From an uncultured Bacteroidales bacterium (GTDB lineage Bacteria > Bacteroidota > Bacteroidia > Bacteroidales > VadinHA17), in the NCBI GenBank assembly GCA_963825165.1, contig CAWGRY010000011.1, forward strand, positions 8,642 through 72,641: DNA of 64,000 nt, in the 5' to 3' direction. The notes below the pieces were generated by a model. It was given only the letters and a program-made list of their open reading frames with translations, did no database searches and was not told where the DNA came from. Position numbers and translations under genes: made by a program. Every line of letters begins with the position of its first letter. Position 1 is the stretch's first letter. Positions 1 through 12,590 of this stretch are shown here, in pieces.

Positions 1-212
1 ACTTTAAAGTTGACAAAGCCGGTATAGTACATGCTGCCATCGGAAAAGTATCATTCGAACCTCATAAGATCGTAGAGAACGCCAAAGAGTTTCTCGGAAT
101 GATCAACAAACTCAAACCCACCTCTGCTAAAGGAACATACATCAGAAGTATCTTCCTGTCAAGCACCATGAGCGCGGGACTGAAGGTTGATCCCAAGAGC
201 CTTGACGTGTAA
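1..212 (+). CDS. rplA: 50S ribosomal protein L1, C-terminal fragment (5' end lies outside the window)
   Basis: Open frame from position 3 to TAA at 210-212. It translates to [30 protein letters not shown]...[14 protein letters not shown], an L1-like C-terminus. The rplJ-rplL-rpoB-rpoC genes follow in the usual order. Confidence 0.85.
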   Translation, partial: FKVDKAGIVHAAIGKVSFEPHKIVENAKEFLGMINKLKPTSAKGTYIRSIFLSSTMSAGLKVDPKSLDV

Positions 213-237
213 CTGAAAGCTAAACCTCAGAGAGATT

Positions 238-754
238 ATGAGAAAAGACGAAAAATCCGAAATAATTAACAGTCTGGCTGATATTCTGAAGGAATACAGT
301 CACTTTTACCTGACTGATACTGCACAGCTCAATGCTGCTGACACCAGTGATCTCAGAAGGAAGTGCTTTGAGAACCAGATAAGACTGGTTGTCGTGAAGA
401 ACACTCTCCTGAAGAGAGCATTGGAGCAGACAGGCCTTGATTGCGGAGAATTGTTCCCCGTGCTTAAAGGTTCGACTGCTGTTATGTTCTCGAATAACGG
501 AAATACTCCCGCAAAGATGATCAGGGAGTTCCGTAAATCGCACCCCAAACCTCTGATTAAAGGAGCGTACGTTGCAGAATTCGGTATATGTCGGTGAAAA
601 CCTTCTTGAGACCCTCGTGGCCCTCAAGTCAAAAGAGGAGCTCATCGGCGATATCTTAACCCTGCTCCAGTCGCCCGCGAAGAATGTTATCTCCGCGCTG
701 CAGTCAGGTGGTTCAAAAATTCATGGTGTTCTTGAAACACTGTCAAAGAAGTAA
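238..754 (+). CDS. rplJ: 50S ribosomal protein L10, with the frame broken by one extra T near position 580 (track ORFs 238..597 and 572..754 are its two halves)
   Basis: The first ORF ends ...PLIKGAYVAE-FGICR*. The second frame continues SVYVGENLLETLVALKSKEELIGDILTLLQSPAKNV..., which is the normal L10 C-terminus. Position between rplA and rplL supports the call. Confidence 0.85.
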
Positions 755-791
755 TCATTAATAGTAATCAAATTTAAAATTCAAAATAGAA

Positions 792-1169
792 ATGGCAGAT
801 CTTAAGAAATTTGCAGAAGAGTTGGTGAACTTAACCGTTAAAGAGGTTAATGAGCTTGCGAAAATACTGAAAGATGAGTATGGCATTGAACCTGCAGCCG
901 CAGCAGTGGCTGTCGCAGCAGCGTCAGGAAGCGGAGACGCTCCTGTAGTTGCTGAGAAAAGTTCTTTCGATGTCATCCTTAAAAATGCAGGCGGCCAGAA
1001 GCTTCAGATCGTTAAGCTGGTGAAAGATATCACAGGCCTCGGTCTTAAAGAAGCCAAAGCTGTCGTTGACGCCGCTCCGTCACCTGTTAAAGAAGGTGTC
1101 TCAAAAGAAGAGGCTGAGAACATTAAGAAGCAATTGGAAGATTCAGGAGCTGAAGTTGAACTTAAATAA
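792..1169 (+). CDS. rplL: 50S ribosomal protein L7/L12
   Basis: 125 aa with an Ala-rich hinge ([14 protein letters not shown]) and the C-terminal domain [24 protein letters not shown]...AEVELK. Confidence 0.95.
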   Translation: MADLKKFAEELVNLTVKEVNELAKILKDEYGIEPAAAAVAVAAASGSGDAPVVAEKSSFDVILKNAGGQKLQIVKLVKDITGLGLKEAKAVVDAAPSPVKEGVSKEEAENIKKQLEDSGAEVELK

Positions 1170-1199
1170 GCTATACCTGACAACCGGGTTTACAGGTTT

Positions 1200-1231
1200 A
1201 GTTCCGCCATCCGGCGGAGCTAAGCCTTTTT
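1200..1231 (+). terminator. Stem-loop plus short T-run in the rplL-rpoB spacer (possible attenuator)
   Basis: AGTTCCGCC-ATCC-GGCGGAGCT forms a 9-bp stem with one G-U pair, followed by AAGCCTTTTT. Partial terminators at this position are known in other bacteria. Confidence 0.4.
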
Positions 1232-1265
1232 GGCATTTTTAATAAGTTCACTTAATCCTACCATA

Positions 1266-4200
1266 ATGTCCTCGAAAAATAACGAACGCGTAAGTTTCGC
1301 ATCCAAGAAAGATCAGCTCGAATATCCTGATTTTCTTGAGATTCAATTAAAATCCTTCGCCGATTTTTTCCAGCTCGGCACCACACCTGAGAACAGGAGG
1401 AAAGAAAACCTTTACCAGGTTTTCATGGAGAACTTCCCCATCACAGACACCAGGAACAATTTTGTGCTGGAGTTTCTGGATTATTCCATTGACCCTCCGA
1501 GATATACCATCGATGAGTGTATTGAGAGAGGCCTGACCTTCAGCGTTCCGCTGAAAGCCAAACTGAAATTATACTGCACCGATCCCGAGCATGAGGATTT
1601 TGACACGGTGATCCAGGATGTATACCTGGGTGTCATTCCTTACATGACCGAGCGCGGTACATTTGTCATCAACGGTGCTGAGAGGGTTGTCGTCTCACAG
1701 CTCCACAGGTCACCCGGCGTGTTCTTCGGACAGAGCATCCACGCCAACGGCACCAAGCTTTATTCAGCACGCATCATCCCGTTCAAGGGATCATGGATAG
1801 AGTTTGCCACCGACATCAACAATGTGATGTACGCCTATATCGACAGGAAGAAGAAACTGCCTGTCACAACCCTTCTCAGGGCTATCGGCTTCGAGGGCGA
1901 TAAGGATATCCTTGAGATCTTCAACCTTGCTGAAGAGCATAAGGTCTCAAAGGTGAACATCAAGAAGCTCGTCGGCCGCAAGCTCGCTGCGAGGGTTCTC
2001 CGTACATGGGTCGAGGATTTCGTTGACGAGGATACGGGTGAGGTTGTCTCCATCGAACGTAACGAAGTAGTGCTCGACAGGGAGACAGTGATTGAAAATG
2101 AACATATTGACCTGATAGTTGACTCAGGGGCAAAATCGATCCTGCTTCACCGTGAGGATGTGAGCCTGTCCGACTTTGCTATCATATACAATACTTTGCA
2201 GAAAGACCCCTGCAACTCTGAGAAAGAGGCTGTTATATACATTTACCGTCAGCTCCGCAATGCAGAGCCGCCGGATGAGGCCACGGCACGTGATGTCATC
2301 GACAAGCTCTTCTTCTCGGATAAACGTTATGATCTTGGCGAGGTGGGTCGCTTCCGGATAAACCGCAAGCTGAAGCTTAACATCGACATGAACACCAAGA
2401 TCCTGACAAGGGAGGATATTATCGCCATTATACGGTACCTGATAGAGCTCATCAACTCAAAGACTGATGTTGATGATATTGACCACCTGAGCAACAGAAG
2501 GGTGCGTACCGTTGGTGAACAGCTGTCAGCGCAGTTCAGTGTGGGCCTCGCCCGCATGGCACGTACGATACGTGAGCGCATGAACGTCAGGGACAATGAG
2601 GTCTTCACACCTGTTGACCTCATCAACTCAAAGACCCTGTCGTCAGTAATAAACTCATTCTTCGGCACCAACCAGCTGTCACAGTTCATGGATCAGACCA
2701 ACCCGCTGGCAGAGATGACCCACAAGCGTCGTCTCTCAGCCCTCGGTCCGGGCGGTCTTTCGCGTGAACGCGCAGGATTTGAGGTCCGTGACGTACACTA
2801 TACGCACTACGGCCGTCTCTGTCCCATCGAGACCCCTGAAGGACCGAATATCGGTCTTATATCTTCACTTTGTGTTTATGCCAAGATCAATAACCTCGGC
2901 TTCATAGAGACGCCATACCGTGACGTTGTCAACGGCAAGGTTGATCTCAGGAACGATGACGTAAAGTGGCTTACCGCAGAGGACGAAGAGTACCTGACCG
3001 TAGCTCAGGCCAATGCCCCGCTGAATGCAGACGGTACCTTCACGAACCCCAGGGCCAAGTCAAGGCTCGGGGCAGACTATCCCTACGAGGAGATAGCCAA
3101 GGTGCAGATGATGGATGTGGCGCCAAACCAGATCGCATCAATAGCTGCCTCACTTATACCGTTCCTCGAGCATGATGACGCCAACCGTGCACTCATGGGA
3201 TCGAACATGATGAGGCAGGCAGTGCCCCTGGTAAGGCCTGAAGCGCCAATTGTCGGCACCGGTCTGGAAGCACAGGTCATAAAAGACTCAAGGATACTGA
3301 TAGTCTCCGAAGGCGACGGCGTGATCGAATACGTTGATTCGAACGAGATAGTGGTAAGATACTCCAGGACAGATGAGGAAAAGTTCGTCAGCTTTGATGA
3401 TGACGTTAAACGCTACGTCCTGCCGAAGTACCACAAGACAAACCAGAATACAACCATCAACCTCGTTCCGATAGTCAAGAAAGGGGAGAAAGTTGTAAAA
3501 GGACAGGTGCTTACCGAAGGGTATGGTACCAAGAACGGTGAGCTGGCCCTGGGCCGTAACCTGAAGGTGGCTTTCATGCCATGGAAGGGATACAACTTTG
3601 AGGATGCCATCGTGCTGAGTGAAAAGGTAGTGCAGGAAGATATCTTCACTTCAGTGCACATAGATGAATACCTTCTTGAAGTCCGCGACACAAAACGCGG
3701 TATGGAAGAACTAACTTCCGATATCCCCAACGTGAGTGAAGAGGCAACGAAGAACCTTGATGAGAACGGTCTCATAAGAATAGGTGCCCAGATCAGACCC
3801 GGTGACATACTTATCGGAAAGATCACGCCAAAAGGCGAATCTGATCCGTCACCTGAGGAGAAGCTCCTCAGGGCCATCTTCGGTGACAAGGCCGGTGATG
3901 TTAAGGATGCCTCACTCAAGGCCGGACCGTCTCTTGAAGGTGTTGTCATAGACAAGAAGCTCTTTACCAGGGCCATCAAGGACCGCAAGGCCAAGACAGC
4001 GGAGAAACCTCTTCTTGACAAGATCGATGCTGATTTCAACAGAACGGCCGATGATCTGAAAGCACGCCTTGTGGACAAGCTGTTTATACTTGTGAACGGC
4101 AAGACCTCGCAGGGAGTGAAAGATTATCTGAACGTGGATGTAATCCCGAAAGGAGCCAAATTCACGCTGAAGCAGTTGCAGGAGATTGATTACCTGAATG

Positions 4201-5075
4201 TCAACCCCAACAAGTGGACGACAGACAAGAAAAAGAATGACAGCATCAAGCAGCTTCTCCATAACTACATCATCAAGCACAAGGAGATAGACGGTGTGTA
4301 CAAGAGGAAGAGGTACAACATCACCATCGGCGATGAGCTGCCTGCTGGCATTGTAAGGCTCGCCAAGGTATATATTGCCAAGAAGCGCAAGGTGAGGGTC
4401 GGTGACAAGATGGCCGGACGTCACGGTAACAAGGGTATTGTCGCCAAGATAGTACGTGCTGAAGACATGCCGTTCCTCGCTGACGGAACGCCGGTGGACA
4501 TCGTTCTCAACCCGCTGGGTGTGCCCTCAAGGATGAACCTCGGACAGATCTATGAGACTGTCCTGGGATGGGCAGGCAAGGAGCTTGGAATGCATTTCTC
4601 GACGCCGATATTCGACGGTGCGAAGCAGGATGAGATCCATGACCTGACGGAGAAGGCCGGCATACCGCGCAACGGCACCACCTACCTCTATGACGGAGGC
4701 ACAGGTGACAGGTTTGACCAGCCAGCCACCGTGGGAATGATCTACATGCTCAAACTCGGCCACATGGTTGATGACAAAATGCACGCCCGTTCAATAGGGC
4801 CGTATTCGCTCATCACCCAGCAGCCTCTCGGAGGCAAGGCACAGTTTGGCGGCCAGAGGTTTGGTGAGATGGAGGTGTGGGCGCTTGAAGCATTTGGCGC
4901 TGCACATATACTCCAGGAGATACTTACTATCAAGTCTGACGATGTGATAGGAAGGGCTAAAGCTTACGAGGCTATCGTCAAGGGTGAACCGATGCCGCTT
5001 CCGGGCATACCAGAGTCGCTTAACGTGCTTCTGCACGAGCTGAGAGGCCTGGGCCTGAGCATCAACCTTGAATAG
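1266..5075 (+). CDS. rpoB: DNA-directed RNA polymerase subunit beta
   Basis: Unmistakable RpoB sequence over about 1270 aa. I chose the ATG at 1266 ([11 protein letters not shown]) rather than the track's TTG at 1230. Confidence 0.97.
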   Translation: MSSKNNERVSFASKKDQLEYPDFLEIQLKSFADFFQLGTTPENRRKENLYQVFMENFPITDTRNNFVLEFLDYSIDPPRYTIDECIERGLTFSVPLKAKLKLYCTDPEHEDFDTVIQDVYLGVIPYMTERGTFVINGAERVVVSQLHRSPGVFFGQSIHANGTKLYSARIIPFKGSWIEFATDINNVMYAYIDRKKKLPVTTLLRAIGFEGDKDILEIFNLAEEHKVSKVNIKKLVGRKLAARVLRTWVEDFVDEDTGEVVSIERNEVVLDRETVIENEHIDLIVDSGAKSILLHREDVSLSDFAIIYNTLQKDPCNSEKEAVIYIYRQLRNAEPPDEATARDVIDKLFFSDKRYDLGEVGRFRINRKLKLNIDMNTKILTREDIIAIIRYLIELINSKTDVDDIDHLSNRRVRTVGEQLSAQFSVGLARMARTIRERMNVRDNEVFTPVDLINSKTLSSVINSFFGTNQLSQFMDQTNPLAEMTHKRRLSALGPGGLSRERAGFEVRDVHYTHYGRLCPIETPEGPNIGLISSLCVYAKINNLGFIETPYRDVVNGKVDLRNDDVKWLTAEDEEYLTVAQANAPLNADGTFTNPRAKSRLGADYPYEEIAKVQMMDVAPNQIASIAASLIPFLEHDDANRALMGSNMMRQAVPLVRPEAPIVGTGLEAQVIKDSRILIVSEGDGVIEYVDSNEIVVRYSRTDEEKFVSFDDDVKRYVLPKYHKTNQNTTINLVPIVKKGEKVVKGQVLTEGYGTKNGELALGRNLKVAFMPWKGYNFEDAIVLSEKVVQEDIFTSVHIDEYLLEVRDTKRGMEELTSDIPNVSEEATKNLDENGLIRIGAQIRPGDILIGKITPKGESDPSPEEKLLRAIFGDKAGDVKDASLKAGPSLEGVVIDKKLFTRAIKDRKAKTAEKPLLDKIDADFNRTADDLKARLVDKLFILVNGKTSQGVKDYLNVDVIPKGAKFTLKQLQEIDYLNVNPNKWTTDKKKNDSIKQLLHNYIIKHKEIDGVYKRKRYNITIGDELPAGIVRLAKVYIAKKRKVRVGDKMAGRHGNKGIVAKIVRAEDMPFLADGTPVDIVLNPLGVPSRMNLGQIYETVLGWAGKELGMHFSTPIFDGAKQDEIHDLTEKAGIPRNGTTYLYDGGTGDRFDQPATVGMIYMLKLGHMVDDKMHARSIGPYSLITQQPLGGKAQFGGQRFGEMEVWALEAFGAAHILQEILTIKSDDVIGRAKAYEAIVKGEPMPLPGIPESLNVLLHELRGLGLSINLE

Positions 5076-5115
5076 ACCAGCCAAGTAAATAACCAGATAT
5101 AAAAAAATAAGATAT

Positions 5116-8100
5116 ATGTCATTCAGAAGGGATAACAAACAGAAGACCAGCTACACGAAAATATCGATAGGGCTGGCATCGCCTGAAGAGATTCTTGACA
5201 AATCAAGCGGAGAAGTCCTGAAGCCTGAGACAATCAACTACCGTACATATAAGCCTGAACGCGACGGCCTCTTCTGCGAGAGGATCTTCGGCCCGGTCAA
5301 AGACTATGAATGTCATTGCGGGAAATACAAAAGGATACGGTATAAGGGAATTGTCTGCGACCGTTGCGGTGTTGAAGTTACGGAAAAGAAGGTGAGACGT
5401 GAACGTATGGGACACATCGCACTTGTAGTGCCGGTAGCTCATATATGGTACTTCAGATCACTTCCCAACAAGATCGGATACCTCCTGGGATTGCCTACAA
5501 AAAAGCTTGACAGCATAATATACTATGAAAAGTACGTTGTCATCAATCCTGGTGTAAAAGCTGTTGACGGTGTCAAATATCTCGATTTTCTTTCTGAAGA
5601 AGAGTATATGGAGATTGTTGAGTCACTGCCAAAGGAGAACCAGTATCTTGATGATGATCATCCTGACAAGTTCGTGGCAGAGATGGGGGCTGAGGCTCTC
5701 TACAAGCTGCTGGGCAAGCTTGATCTCGATGAACTGTCATATTCACTCCGTCACCGGGCAAACACCGAGACCTCTCAGCAGCGCAAGAGCGAGGCTCTCA
5801 AGAGGCTCCAGGTGGTTGAGGCATTCAGGGAGTCAAAGAACATCAACAGACCTGAGTGGATGATAGTTAAGATAGTACCGGTCATCCCGCCGGAGCTGAG
5901 ACCGCTTGTTCCGCTCGACGGCGGACGATTCGCTACCAGTGACCTTAATGACCTGTACCGCAGGGTGATAATACGCAATAACCGTCTGAAGAGACTGATA
6001 GAGATCAAGGCTCCCGAAGTGATCCTTCGTAATGAGAAAAGGATGCTGCAGGAAGCTGTCGACTCACTGTTTGACAACTCGCGCAAGGCGAATGCAGTGA
6101 AGACTGACGCCAACAGGCCTCTGAAATCGCTGTCTGACAGCCTCAAGGGCAAGCAGGGACGATTCCGTCAGAACCTTCTCGGTAAGAGGGTTGACTATTC
6201 AGCCCGTTCGGTCATTGTCGTCGGGCCTGAGCTGCACCTTCATGAGTGCGGCATACCCAAAGACATGGCTGCAGAGCTCTACAAGCCGTTCATTATACGC
6301 AAGCTCATCGAGCGCGGTATAGTCAAGACTGTCAAGAGCGCGAAGAAGATTGTAGACCGCAAGGATCCGGTTGTGTGGGATATACTTGAGAATGTGCTCA
6401 AGGGTCATCCCGTGTTGCTCAACCGTGCTCCGACACTTCACAGGCTGGGTATCCAGGCTTTCCAGCCCAAGCTTATCGAGGGTAAGGCCATCCAGCTGCA
6501 CCCGCTTGTTTGTACAGCTTTCAACGCTGACTTCGACGGTGACCAGATGGCTGTGCATCTTCCGCTGGGTAACGCCGCCATTATTGAGGCACAGATGCTG
6601 ATGCTTGCATCACATAACATCCTCAATCCCGCCAACGGTGCGCCTATTACAGTGCCTTCACAGGACATGGTCCTCGGGTTATATTACATCACCAAGGCTC
6701 GCAAAAGCACAGAGCAGATAAAAGTAAAAGGTGAAGGTTCATCGTTTTACTCACCTGATGAGGTGCGTATAGCATATAACGAAGGTAAGATTGACCTTCA
6801 CGCGGTCATTAAGGTAAAAGTTAACGACATGGTTGACGGTCAGAAGGTCAACCACCTGATCGAAACTACCGTAGGCCGTGTGCTCTTCAACGAGTTTGTG
6901 CCCGAAGAGGTGGGTTATCTCAACGAGCTGCTGACAAAGAAGTCGCTCAGGGATATTATCGGTACCGTACTCAAGAAAGCCGGGACAGCTAAGACAGCTG
7001 ATTTCCTTGATTCCATCAAGGATCTGGGATTCCGTATGGCGTTCGTCGGAGGTCTGTCATTTAACCTCGATGACGTCATCATACCCAAGGAGAAAGAAAT
7101 GTTTGTGGCAGAGGGTTATGAGCAGGTCGAAGAGGTGATCTCGAACTACAGCATGGGTTTCATCACAAACAATGAGAGGTACAACCAGATCATTGATATA
7201 TGGACACATGTCAATGCACGACTGACGCAGAGCCTCATGAAGCAGCTTTCAACAGACAAGCAGGGCTTCAACTCAGTGTATATGATGCTTGACTCAGGCG
7301 CAAGGGGCTCCAAGGAGCAGATACGTCAGCTCTCAGGAATGAGAGGCCTTATGGCTAAACCGCAGAAATCCGGATCAGCAACTTCAGAGATCATTGAGAA
7401 CCCGATCCTCTCCAACTTCAAGGAGGGTCTTTCCGTTCTCGAGTATTTCATCTCCACACACGGTGCACGAAAGGGTCTTGCAGACACCGCACTCAAGACT
7501 GCTGATGCAGGTTATCTGACCCGCCGTCTCGTTGACGTATCGCAGGATGTGATCATCACCGAGGAGGATTGCGGCACACTGCGCGGTCTTGTGGCTACCG
7601 CCATCAAGAACAACGAGGAGGTGGTTGAATCTCTCTATGACAGGATTCTTGGCCGTACCACGGTTCATGATATTTATAATCCTCTCACCGGCGAGCTGAT
7701 CGTCTCAGCCGGAGAGGAAATCACCGAGGAACTTGCTAACCGCATAGACGAATCACCAATTGAGCAGGTCGAGATACGATCAGTGCTCACATGTGAGTCA
7801 AAGAAGGGCGTCTGTGCCAAGTGTTACGGACGTAACCTTGCTACGGGGAGAATGGTTCAGAAGGGTGAGGCATGCGGTGTTATTGCTGCACAGAGCATCG
7901 GCGAGCCGGGCACACAGCTTACACTTCGTACTTTCCACGTCGGTGGTACTGCATCAAACATCACGACAGAATCAAGCCTTATTGCCAGATACGGCGGTAT
8001 AGCAGCCATTGAGGAGGTCAGAACGGTCTCAAGGAAAGATCCTGAGAAAGGCAAGGTAGATGTGGTCATCGGCCGTCTCGGTGAACTGAGGATCATGGAC

Positions 8101-9414
8101 AAGAAAACAGGCATCGCACTCACTACCCATTCTATACCTTACGGCAGCAGGCTTTATATAAAGGCTAACCAGGAGATCGAAAAGGGACAGCTGATATGTG
8201 AATGGGATCCTTTCAACGCGGTTATCATATCCGAGGTTGCAGGCAAGGTGGCTTTTGACTACTTTATTGAGGGTGTCACCTTCCGTGAAGAGTCTGACGA
8301 GCAGACCGGTTTCAAGGAGAAGGTTATCATTGAGAGCAGGGACAAGACCAAGAACCCGGCTATAAAGATCATGTCTCCTGACGGAACCGAATTAAAATCG
8401 TACAACCTGCCCGTGGGCGCTCACCTGGTCACAGACCTTAACAAGCATGTAGTTGCAGGTGACACGATCGTGAAGATACCAAGATCAGTAGGCAAATCAG
8501 GTGACATCACCGGCGGTCTGCCACGTGTTACTGAACTGTTTGAAGCCCGCAACCCGTCTAACCCGGCCATTGTAACCGAGATTGACGGCGAGGTCACCTA
8601 CGGCAAGATCAAGAGAGGTAACAGGGAGATAACCATCACCTCCAAATCAGGAGAGATGAAGAAATACCTCGTGCCGCTGTCGAAACAGATACTGGTACAG
8701 GAAAATGACTATGTCAGGGCCGGTATAGCCCTCTCTGATGGTGCAATTACGCCGTCTGACATCCTTGCCATCAAGGGCCCGACAAAGGTGCAGGAGTACA
8801 TCGTGAACGAGATACAGGAGGTGTACCGGTTACAGGGTGTGAAAATCAATGACAAACACTTTGAGACTATCGTCAGACAGATGATGCGCAAGGTCGAGAT
8901 CATTGATCCGGGTGACACGAAATTTCTTGAACGTCAGGTTGTTGACAAGCTTGAGTTCATGGATGAGAACGACTGGGTTTATGGCAAGAAGATCGTGCTT
9001 GATTCCGGAGACAGCCAGACACTGAGACCGGGTCAGGTCATCACAGCGCGCAAGCTCCGTGATGAGAACTCGGTGCTCAAGCGCCGCGACCTGAAGGTGA
9101 TAGAAGCCAGGGATGCTATCCCGGCAACCTCTCAGCAGGTGCTGCAGGGTATCACCCGCGCTGCTCTTCAGACAAACAGTTTCTTCTCCGCAGCTTCATT
9201 CCAGGAGACCACCAAGGTTCTGAACGAAGCAGCCATACTGGGCAAGATCGACTTCCTTGAGGGACTTAAGGAGAATGTAATTGTCGGCCATCTTATTCCG
9301 GCCGGAACAGGACTCAGGGAGTACAACAATGTTATCGTCGGCTCGCTGGATGATTATGATAGCCTTGTTCATGCCGGACAGAACCCAGCTGAGGTGGAAC
9401 AGGAACAGGACTAA
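5116..9414 (+). CDS. rpoC: DNA-directed RNA polymerase subunit beta'
   Basis: 1432 aa with the zinc-binding [20 protein letters not shown] motif and the catalytic NADFDGDQM motif. Confidence 0.97.
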   Translation: MSFRRDNKQKTSYTKISIGLASPEEILDKSSGEVLKPETINYRTYKPERDGLFCERIFGPVKDYECHCGKYKRIRYKGIVCDRCGVEVTEKKVRRERMGHIALVVPVAHIWYFRSLPNKIGYLLGLPTKKLDSIIYYEKYVVINPGVKAVDGVKYLDFLSEEEYMEIVESLPKENQYLDDDHPDKFVAEMGAEALYKLLGKLDLDELSYSLRHRANTETSQQRKSEALKRLQVVEAFRESKNINRPEWMIVKIVPVIPPELRPLVPLDGGRFATSDLNDLYRRVIIRNNRLKRLIEIKAPEVILRNEKRMLQEAVDSLFDNSRKANAVKTDANRPLKSLSDSLKGKQGRFRQNLLGKRVDYSARSVIVVGPELHLHECGIPKDMAAELYKPFIIRKLIERGIVKTVKSAKKIVDRKDPVVWDILENVLKGHPVLLNRAPTLHRLGIQAFQPKLIEGKAIQLHPLVCTAFNADFDGDQMAVHLPLGNAAIIEAQMLMLASHNILNPANGAPITVPSQDMVLGLYYITKARKSTEQIKVKGEGSSFYSPDEVRIAYNEGKIDLHAVIKVKVNDMVDGQKVNHLIETTVGRVLFNEFVPEEVGYLNELLTKKSLRDIIGTVLKKAGTAKTADFLDSIKDLGFRMAFVGGLSFNLDDVIIPKEKEMFVAEGYEQVEEVISNYSMGFITNNERYNQIIDIWTHVNARLTQSLMKQLSTDKQGFNSVYMMLDSGARGSKEQIRQLSGMRGLMAKPQKSGSATSEIIENPILSNFKEGLSVLEYFISTHGARKGLADTALKTADAGYLTRRLVDVSQDVIITEEDCGTLRGLVATAIKNNEEVVESLYDRILGRTTVHDIYNPLTGELIVSAGEEITEELANRIDESPIEQVEIRSVLTCESKKGVCAKCYGRNLATGRMVQKGEACGVIAAQSIGEPGTQLTLRTFHVGGTASNITTESSLIARYGGIAAIEEVRTVSRKDPEKGKVDVVIGRLGELRIMDKKTGIALTTHSIPYGSRLYIKANQEIEKGQLICEWDPFNAVIISEVAGKVAFDYFIEGVTFREESDEQTGFKEKVIIESRDKTKNPAIKIMSPDGTELKSYNLPVGAHLVTDLNKHVVAGDTIVKIPRSVGKSGDITGGLPRVTELFEARNPSNPAIVTEIDGEVTYGKIKRGNREITITSKSGEMKKYLVPLSKQILVQENDYVRAGIALSDGAITPSDILAIKGPTKVQEYIVNEIQEVYRLQGVKINDKHFETIVRQMMRKVEIIDPGDTKFLERQVVDKLEFMDENDWVYGKKIVLDSGDSQTLRPGQVITARKLRDENSVLKRRDLKVIEARDAIPATSQQVLQGITRAALQTNSFFSAASFQETTKVLNEAAILGKIDFLEGLKENVIVGHLIPAGTGLREYNNVIVGSLDDYDSLVHAGQNPAEVEQEQD

Positions 9415-9425
9415 ATCACAGGATC

Positions 9426-9755
9426 ATGTCAGATAATAAGAATCAGAATCAGAACCAGAATCAGTTTAACATCGAACTCAGCGAGGATGTTGCTCAGGGC
9501 GTCTATTCGAACCTGGCAGTAATCACCCATTCACCTGCGGAGTTTGTTATTGATTTTATCCGGATAATGCCCGGAGTACCAAAATCAAAGGTTAAATCGA
9601 GGATCATACTTACACCTGAACATGCCAAAAGGTTAGTAGCAGCCCTGAATGACAATATCTCGAAGTATGAAGCTGTACATGGTACCATACGTGAGGTAAA
9701 GGGATCGGGGCCGGTGATGCCCGTGAACTTCGGGGGTCCAACGGCGCAGGCATGA
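9426..9755 (+). CDS. DUF3467-like small protein with an N-terminal NQ repeat
   Basis: 109 aa containing GVYSNLAVITHSPAEFVIDFIRIMPG. From memory this matches the DUF3467 family often found just downstream of rpoC in Bacteroidota. Needs an HMM check. Confidence 0.65.
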   Translation: MSDNKNQNQNQNQFNIELSEDVAQGVYSNLAVITHSPAEFVIDFIRIMPGVPKSKVKSRIILTPEHAKRLVAALNDNISKYEAVHGTIREVKGSGPVMPVNFGGPTAQA

Positions 9756-9776
9756 CTGATAACTGTTAAAAGAGAG

Positions 9777-9809
9777 GGCTGTGACAACCGTTACAGCCTT
9801 CCTTTTTTG
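9777..9809 (+). terminator. Rho-independent terminator after the rpoBC-DUF3467 unit
   Basis: GGCTGTGAC-AACC-GTTACAGCC stem-loop followed by TTCCTTTTTTG. Confidence 0.55.
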
Positions 9810-9858
9810 CAGGTAACAAAAATTAAGGTTATTTTGCAGATTGTTAATGGAGCGAATT

Positions 9859-10260
9859 ATGAACATGAAAAGAATTCTGGCAAACAGTGCATTGGCTCTC
9901 CTGGTTGTTGCAGGGGTGATTTCAATGGCAGGCTGCAAAAAACAGCCTAAGTGCGGGTGCGACGGAGACGCTCTTGATACTCTGAGTCAGGCTCATGTCC
10001 GTATCTCATATAATGCTGAAACCAAATCAGCCCAGTTCGTACCACTCTGGAGCAGTTATGACATATACTACTTCTGCAATCCTTCAGAGTTTATGGATGA
10101 ATTGAAAACATTTGAGCAGGGTACCGAGATACTCGTGTCAGGCGAATATTTCTATGAGTGCAATTATCTGATGAACGCCGGCAATGGAGGCTCATACAGC
10201 ATGTACAGGATCTATCAGATCCAGGTTACGGATGTGGCGGCTTACGATTACGGTAAATGA
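9859..10260 (+). CDS. Hypothetical lipoprotein
   Basis: Signal peptide with a lipobox (MNMKRILANSALALLVVAGVISMAGC). No recognisable domain. Confidence 0.55.
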   Translation: MNMKRILANSALALLVVAGVISMAGCKKQPKCGCDGDALDTLSQAHVRISYNAETKSAQFVPLWSSYDIYYFCNPSEFMDELKTFEQGTEILVSGEYFYECNYLMNAGNGGSYSMYRIYQIQVTDVAAYDYGK

Positions 10261-10297
10261 CCTCCTGAGCAGCTCAACTTTGTAAACACTGCCATAA

Positions 10298-11080
10298 ATG
10301 TCTACCCGCAACATATCCTTTATCGGTGCAGGAAATGTGGCGGAAGCGTTATGCCACGGGTTAACAGCCGCCGGTCACCGGATAATATCCGTTGCATCCC
10401 TTGGCGGCGACAGCGCCCGGGTTCTTGCCGGGGCAACAGGGGCCGTGTGGAGGAAAGATCTTTCCGTTCCTGACAATTGCGATATTCTCATTCTTGCGGT
10501 CACTGACACTGCCGTTGCTGAAGTAGCCCGGGAAGTAATTCTTCCGGACAGGACGGTTATAGTTCACACTGCAGGCAGTGTTCCTCTTGATGCGCTGGGG
10601 CGCAGCCGGCGGGCCGGCGTATTCTATCCCCTGCAGACATTCACAAAGGGCTTCATGCCTGAACTGAGGAAGGTGCCTTTTTTTATCGAGGCCACAGATG
10701 AGCCTGCCCTGAATGTTCTCAGAGAGCTGGCAAAAGATATCGGGGCCGGAGCCTGGGACTGTGACACCGAAAGGCGCAGGCACCTTCACGTGGCAGCAGT
10801 GTTCGCAAACAATTTCTCAAACTTCATGATGACGACCGGTGAAGCAATAGCAACAGAAGCAGGATTTGATCCGTCGCTTCTGCGGCCGCTGATGCAAGAG
10901 ACTTTGCGCAAGGCGATGCGCACCGGTCCGGAACGCGCCCAGACCGGACCAGCTGTCAGGCATGATGACAGGACTATAGAAAGTCACCTCGAATTGTTAT
11001 CTTTCTCACCCGAATACCGGGAACTGTACCGGCTGATCAGCAGCATGATCACCAGCCATTATAAGAACAGCGACAGATGA
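10298..11080 (+). CDS. Rossmann-fold NAD(P)-binding protein (DUF2520 / ProC-like family)
   Basis: N-terminal ISFIGAGNVAEALCHGL dinucleotide-binding motif. The 3' end overlaps kdsC by 4 nt (ATGA). Confidence 0.55.
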   Translation: MSTRNISFIGAGNVAEALCHGLTAAGHRIISVASLGGDSARVLAGATGAVWRKDLSVPDNCDILILAVTDTAVAEVAREVILPDRTVIVHTAGSVPLDALGRSRRAGVFYPLQTFTKGFMPELRKVPFFIEATDEPALNVLRELAKDIGAGAWDCDTERRRHLHVAAVFANNFSNFMMTTGEAIATEAGFDPSLLRPLMQETLRKAMRTGPERAQTGPAVRHDDRTIESHLELLSFSPEYRELYRLISSMITSHYKNSDR

Positions 11081-11598
11081 CCAACTTCAAGGAAGAGCTG
11101 CAGAATGTAAAAGCATTCGTCTTCGATATCGACGGTGTCCTCTCAACCCAGACCATCGCACTGTCTTTATGGGGTATCCCGCTGCGCACTGTAAACCTCA
11201 GGGACGGCTATGCCATACAGCTCGCTGTTAAAAAAGGATATCACGTAGGAGTGATCTCAGGAGCCAAATCAAAGGAGTATATCAAGCGTCTTAAAACGCT
11301 TGGCGTTAATGATATATACCTCAACTCACGGACGAAGAAGGAGAGTTTGACGGAGCTGGTGAGCAAGTGGGGTGTGGATATCAGGAATGTTCTTTATATG
11401 GGGGATGATATCCCTGACTATGAGGTGATGAAGATGGTCGGTTTGCCTGCCTGTCCGAGTGATGCGGACAGTGAAATAAAGCAGGTTGCCGTATATATCT
11501 CAGACAAACGCGGTGGCGAGGGATGTGTTCGTGATGTAATTGAACAGGCGCTAAGACTGCATAACAACTGGATGGATTATGAAGCTTTTTCCTGGTAA
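11077..11598 (+). CDS. kdsC: KDO 8-phosphate phosphatase-like HAD hydrolase
   Basis: 173 aa with the HAD motifs FVFDIDGVL and MGDDIPD, and a KdsC-like C-terminus (GGEGCVRDVIEQAL). Confidence 0.7.
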   Translation: MTNFKEELQNVKAFVFDIDGVLSTQTIALSLWGIPLRTVNLRDGYAIQLAVKKGYHVGVISGAKSKEYIKRLKTLGVNDIYLNSRTKKESLTELVSKWGVDIRNVLYMGDDIPDYEVMKMVGLPACPSDADSEIKQVAVYISDKRGGEGCVRDVIEQALRLHNNWMDYEAFSW

Positions 11599-12589
11599 CA
11601 GGCTGAGGGGCCTTCTGACACTTATCAGACTGCCTAACCTGCTTATCGTGGCTCTCACGATGCTGCTGATGAGGTATGCTGTTATGAGCCCCCTGCTTAA
11701 CGCCATGCCTGTTACAATGCTCGATTCTCCCCTTATCGTTACACGGATGACCTTCCAGCTCGGCTGGTTTGATTTCCTTATCCTCGTACTTTCGACGGTA
11801 CTGATTACTGCTGCCGGTTATGTTATCAACGATTACTTTGACATCCGTGCCGACCTTATCAACAGGGGTTCAATAATTGTGGGCAATACGATGACCAGGC
11901 GCATGGCAATGCTGTACCACAATATTTTCAATGTTCTTGGTGTGATCGGCGGCACTTATGTATCTGCACGCATAGGTTATTTCTGGCTGGGTATACTTTT
12001 TGTCCTGGTCTCGGGCCTACTTTACTTTTACTCTGCAACATACAAGAGGCAGTTTCTTATCGGCAACATCATCGTTGCATTCCTTACCGCCATGGTACCG
12101 ATGATGGTCGTTATCTATGACGCACCGGCCATCTTCATGCATTACGCTGGTTCGGTGTACGATTTCCCCGGTGTCGCCATTCTTTTTTACTGGGTGGGGG
12201 GATTTGCCCTGTTTGCCTTTATGACCACTTTTATCCGCGAGATAATCAAAGACATGGAAGATTATAAGGGTGATCTGGCCCTGGGACGCAAGACACTGCC
12301 TGTCACGGTAGGGAACTTTGCATCGGGCATTGTTGTTCTCCTCCTTTCACTTGTGACAATCTTTCTGCTCTACTTTATATGGTTCAGGTACCTTAACGAT
12401 AAGATAACATTAGCCTATATTACTCTTCTGGTCACAATCCCGATGATATGGGTGATATTTAAGGTTTTGACCGGAAAGGATCAGCGCACGCTTCATACCG
12501 CCAGCAGGCTGATGAAGCTGATTATGCTTGCAGGAATTCTCTATTCACTGGTTGCAGGCGGAATCATTACTTCCGGAAAGCTGTTCTGA
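11579..12589 (+). CDS. UbiA-family prenyltransferase (polytopic membrane protein)
   Basis: NDYFDIRADLIN Asp-rich motif, a second KDMEDYKGD motif, and about 8-9 hydrophobic segments. Confidence 0.7.
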   Translation: MKLFPGNRLRGLLTLIRLPNLLIVALTMLLMRYAVMSPLLNAMPVTMLDSPLIVTRMTFQLGWFDFLILVLSTVLITAAGYVINDYFDIRADLINRGSIIVGNTMTRRMAMLYHNIFNVLGVIGGTYVSARIGYFWLGILFVLVSGLLYFYSATYKRQFLIGNIIVAFLTAMVPMMVVIYDAPAIFMHYAGSVYDFPGVAILFYWVGGFALFAFMTTFIREIIKDMEDYKGDLALGRKTLPVTVGNFASGIVVLLLSLVTIFLLYFIWFRYLNDKITLAYITLLVTIPMIWVIFKVLTGKDQRTLHTASRLMKLIMLAGILYSLVAGGIITSGKLF

Positions 12590-12590
12590 G

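Noticed and set aside
9438-9467. AATCAG/AACCAG hexanucleotide repeats looked like a possible microsatellite or array.
   Set aside because: They are in frame and encode the NQNQNQNQ N-terminus of the DUF3467-like protein. This is a low-complexity coding repeat, not a CRISPR or regulatory array.
1835-9938. Numerous 60-230-aa ORFs in the track lie antisense to or out of frame with rpoB, rpoC and neighbouring genes, for example 3413..4102(-), 3912..4424(-) and 5775..6152(-).
   Set aside because: They lie entirely within strongly supported conserved genes and have low-complexity or odd composition. They are shadow ORFs. The same applies to 44929..45624(+), 47917..48552(+), 57946..58620(-), 63088..63384(-) and 63703..63996(-).
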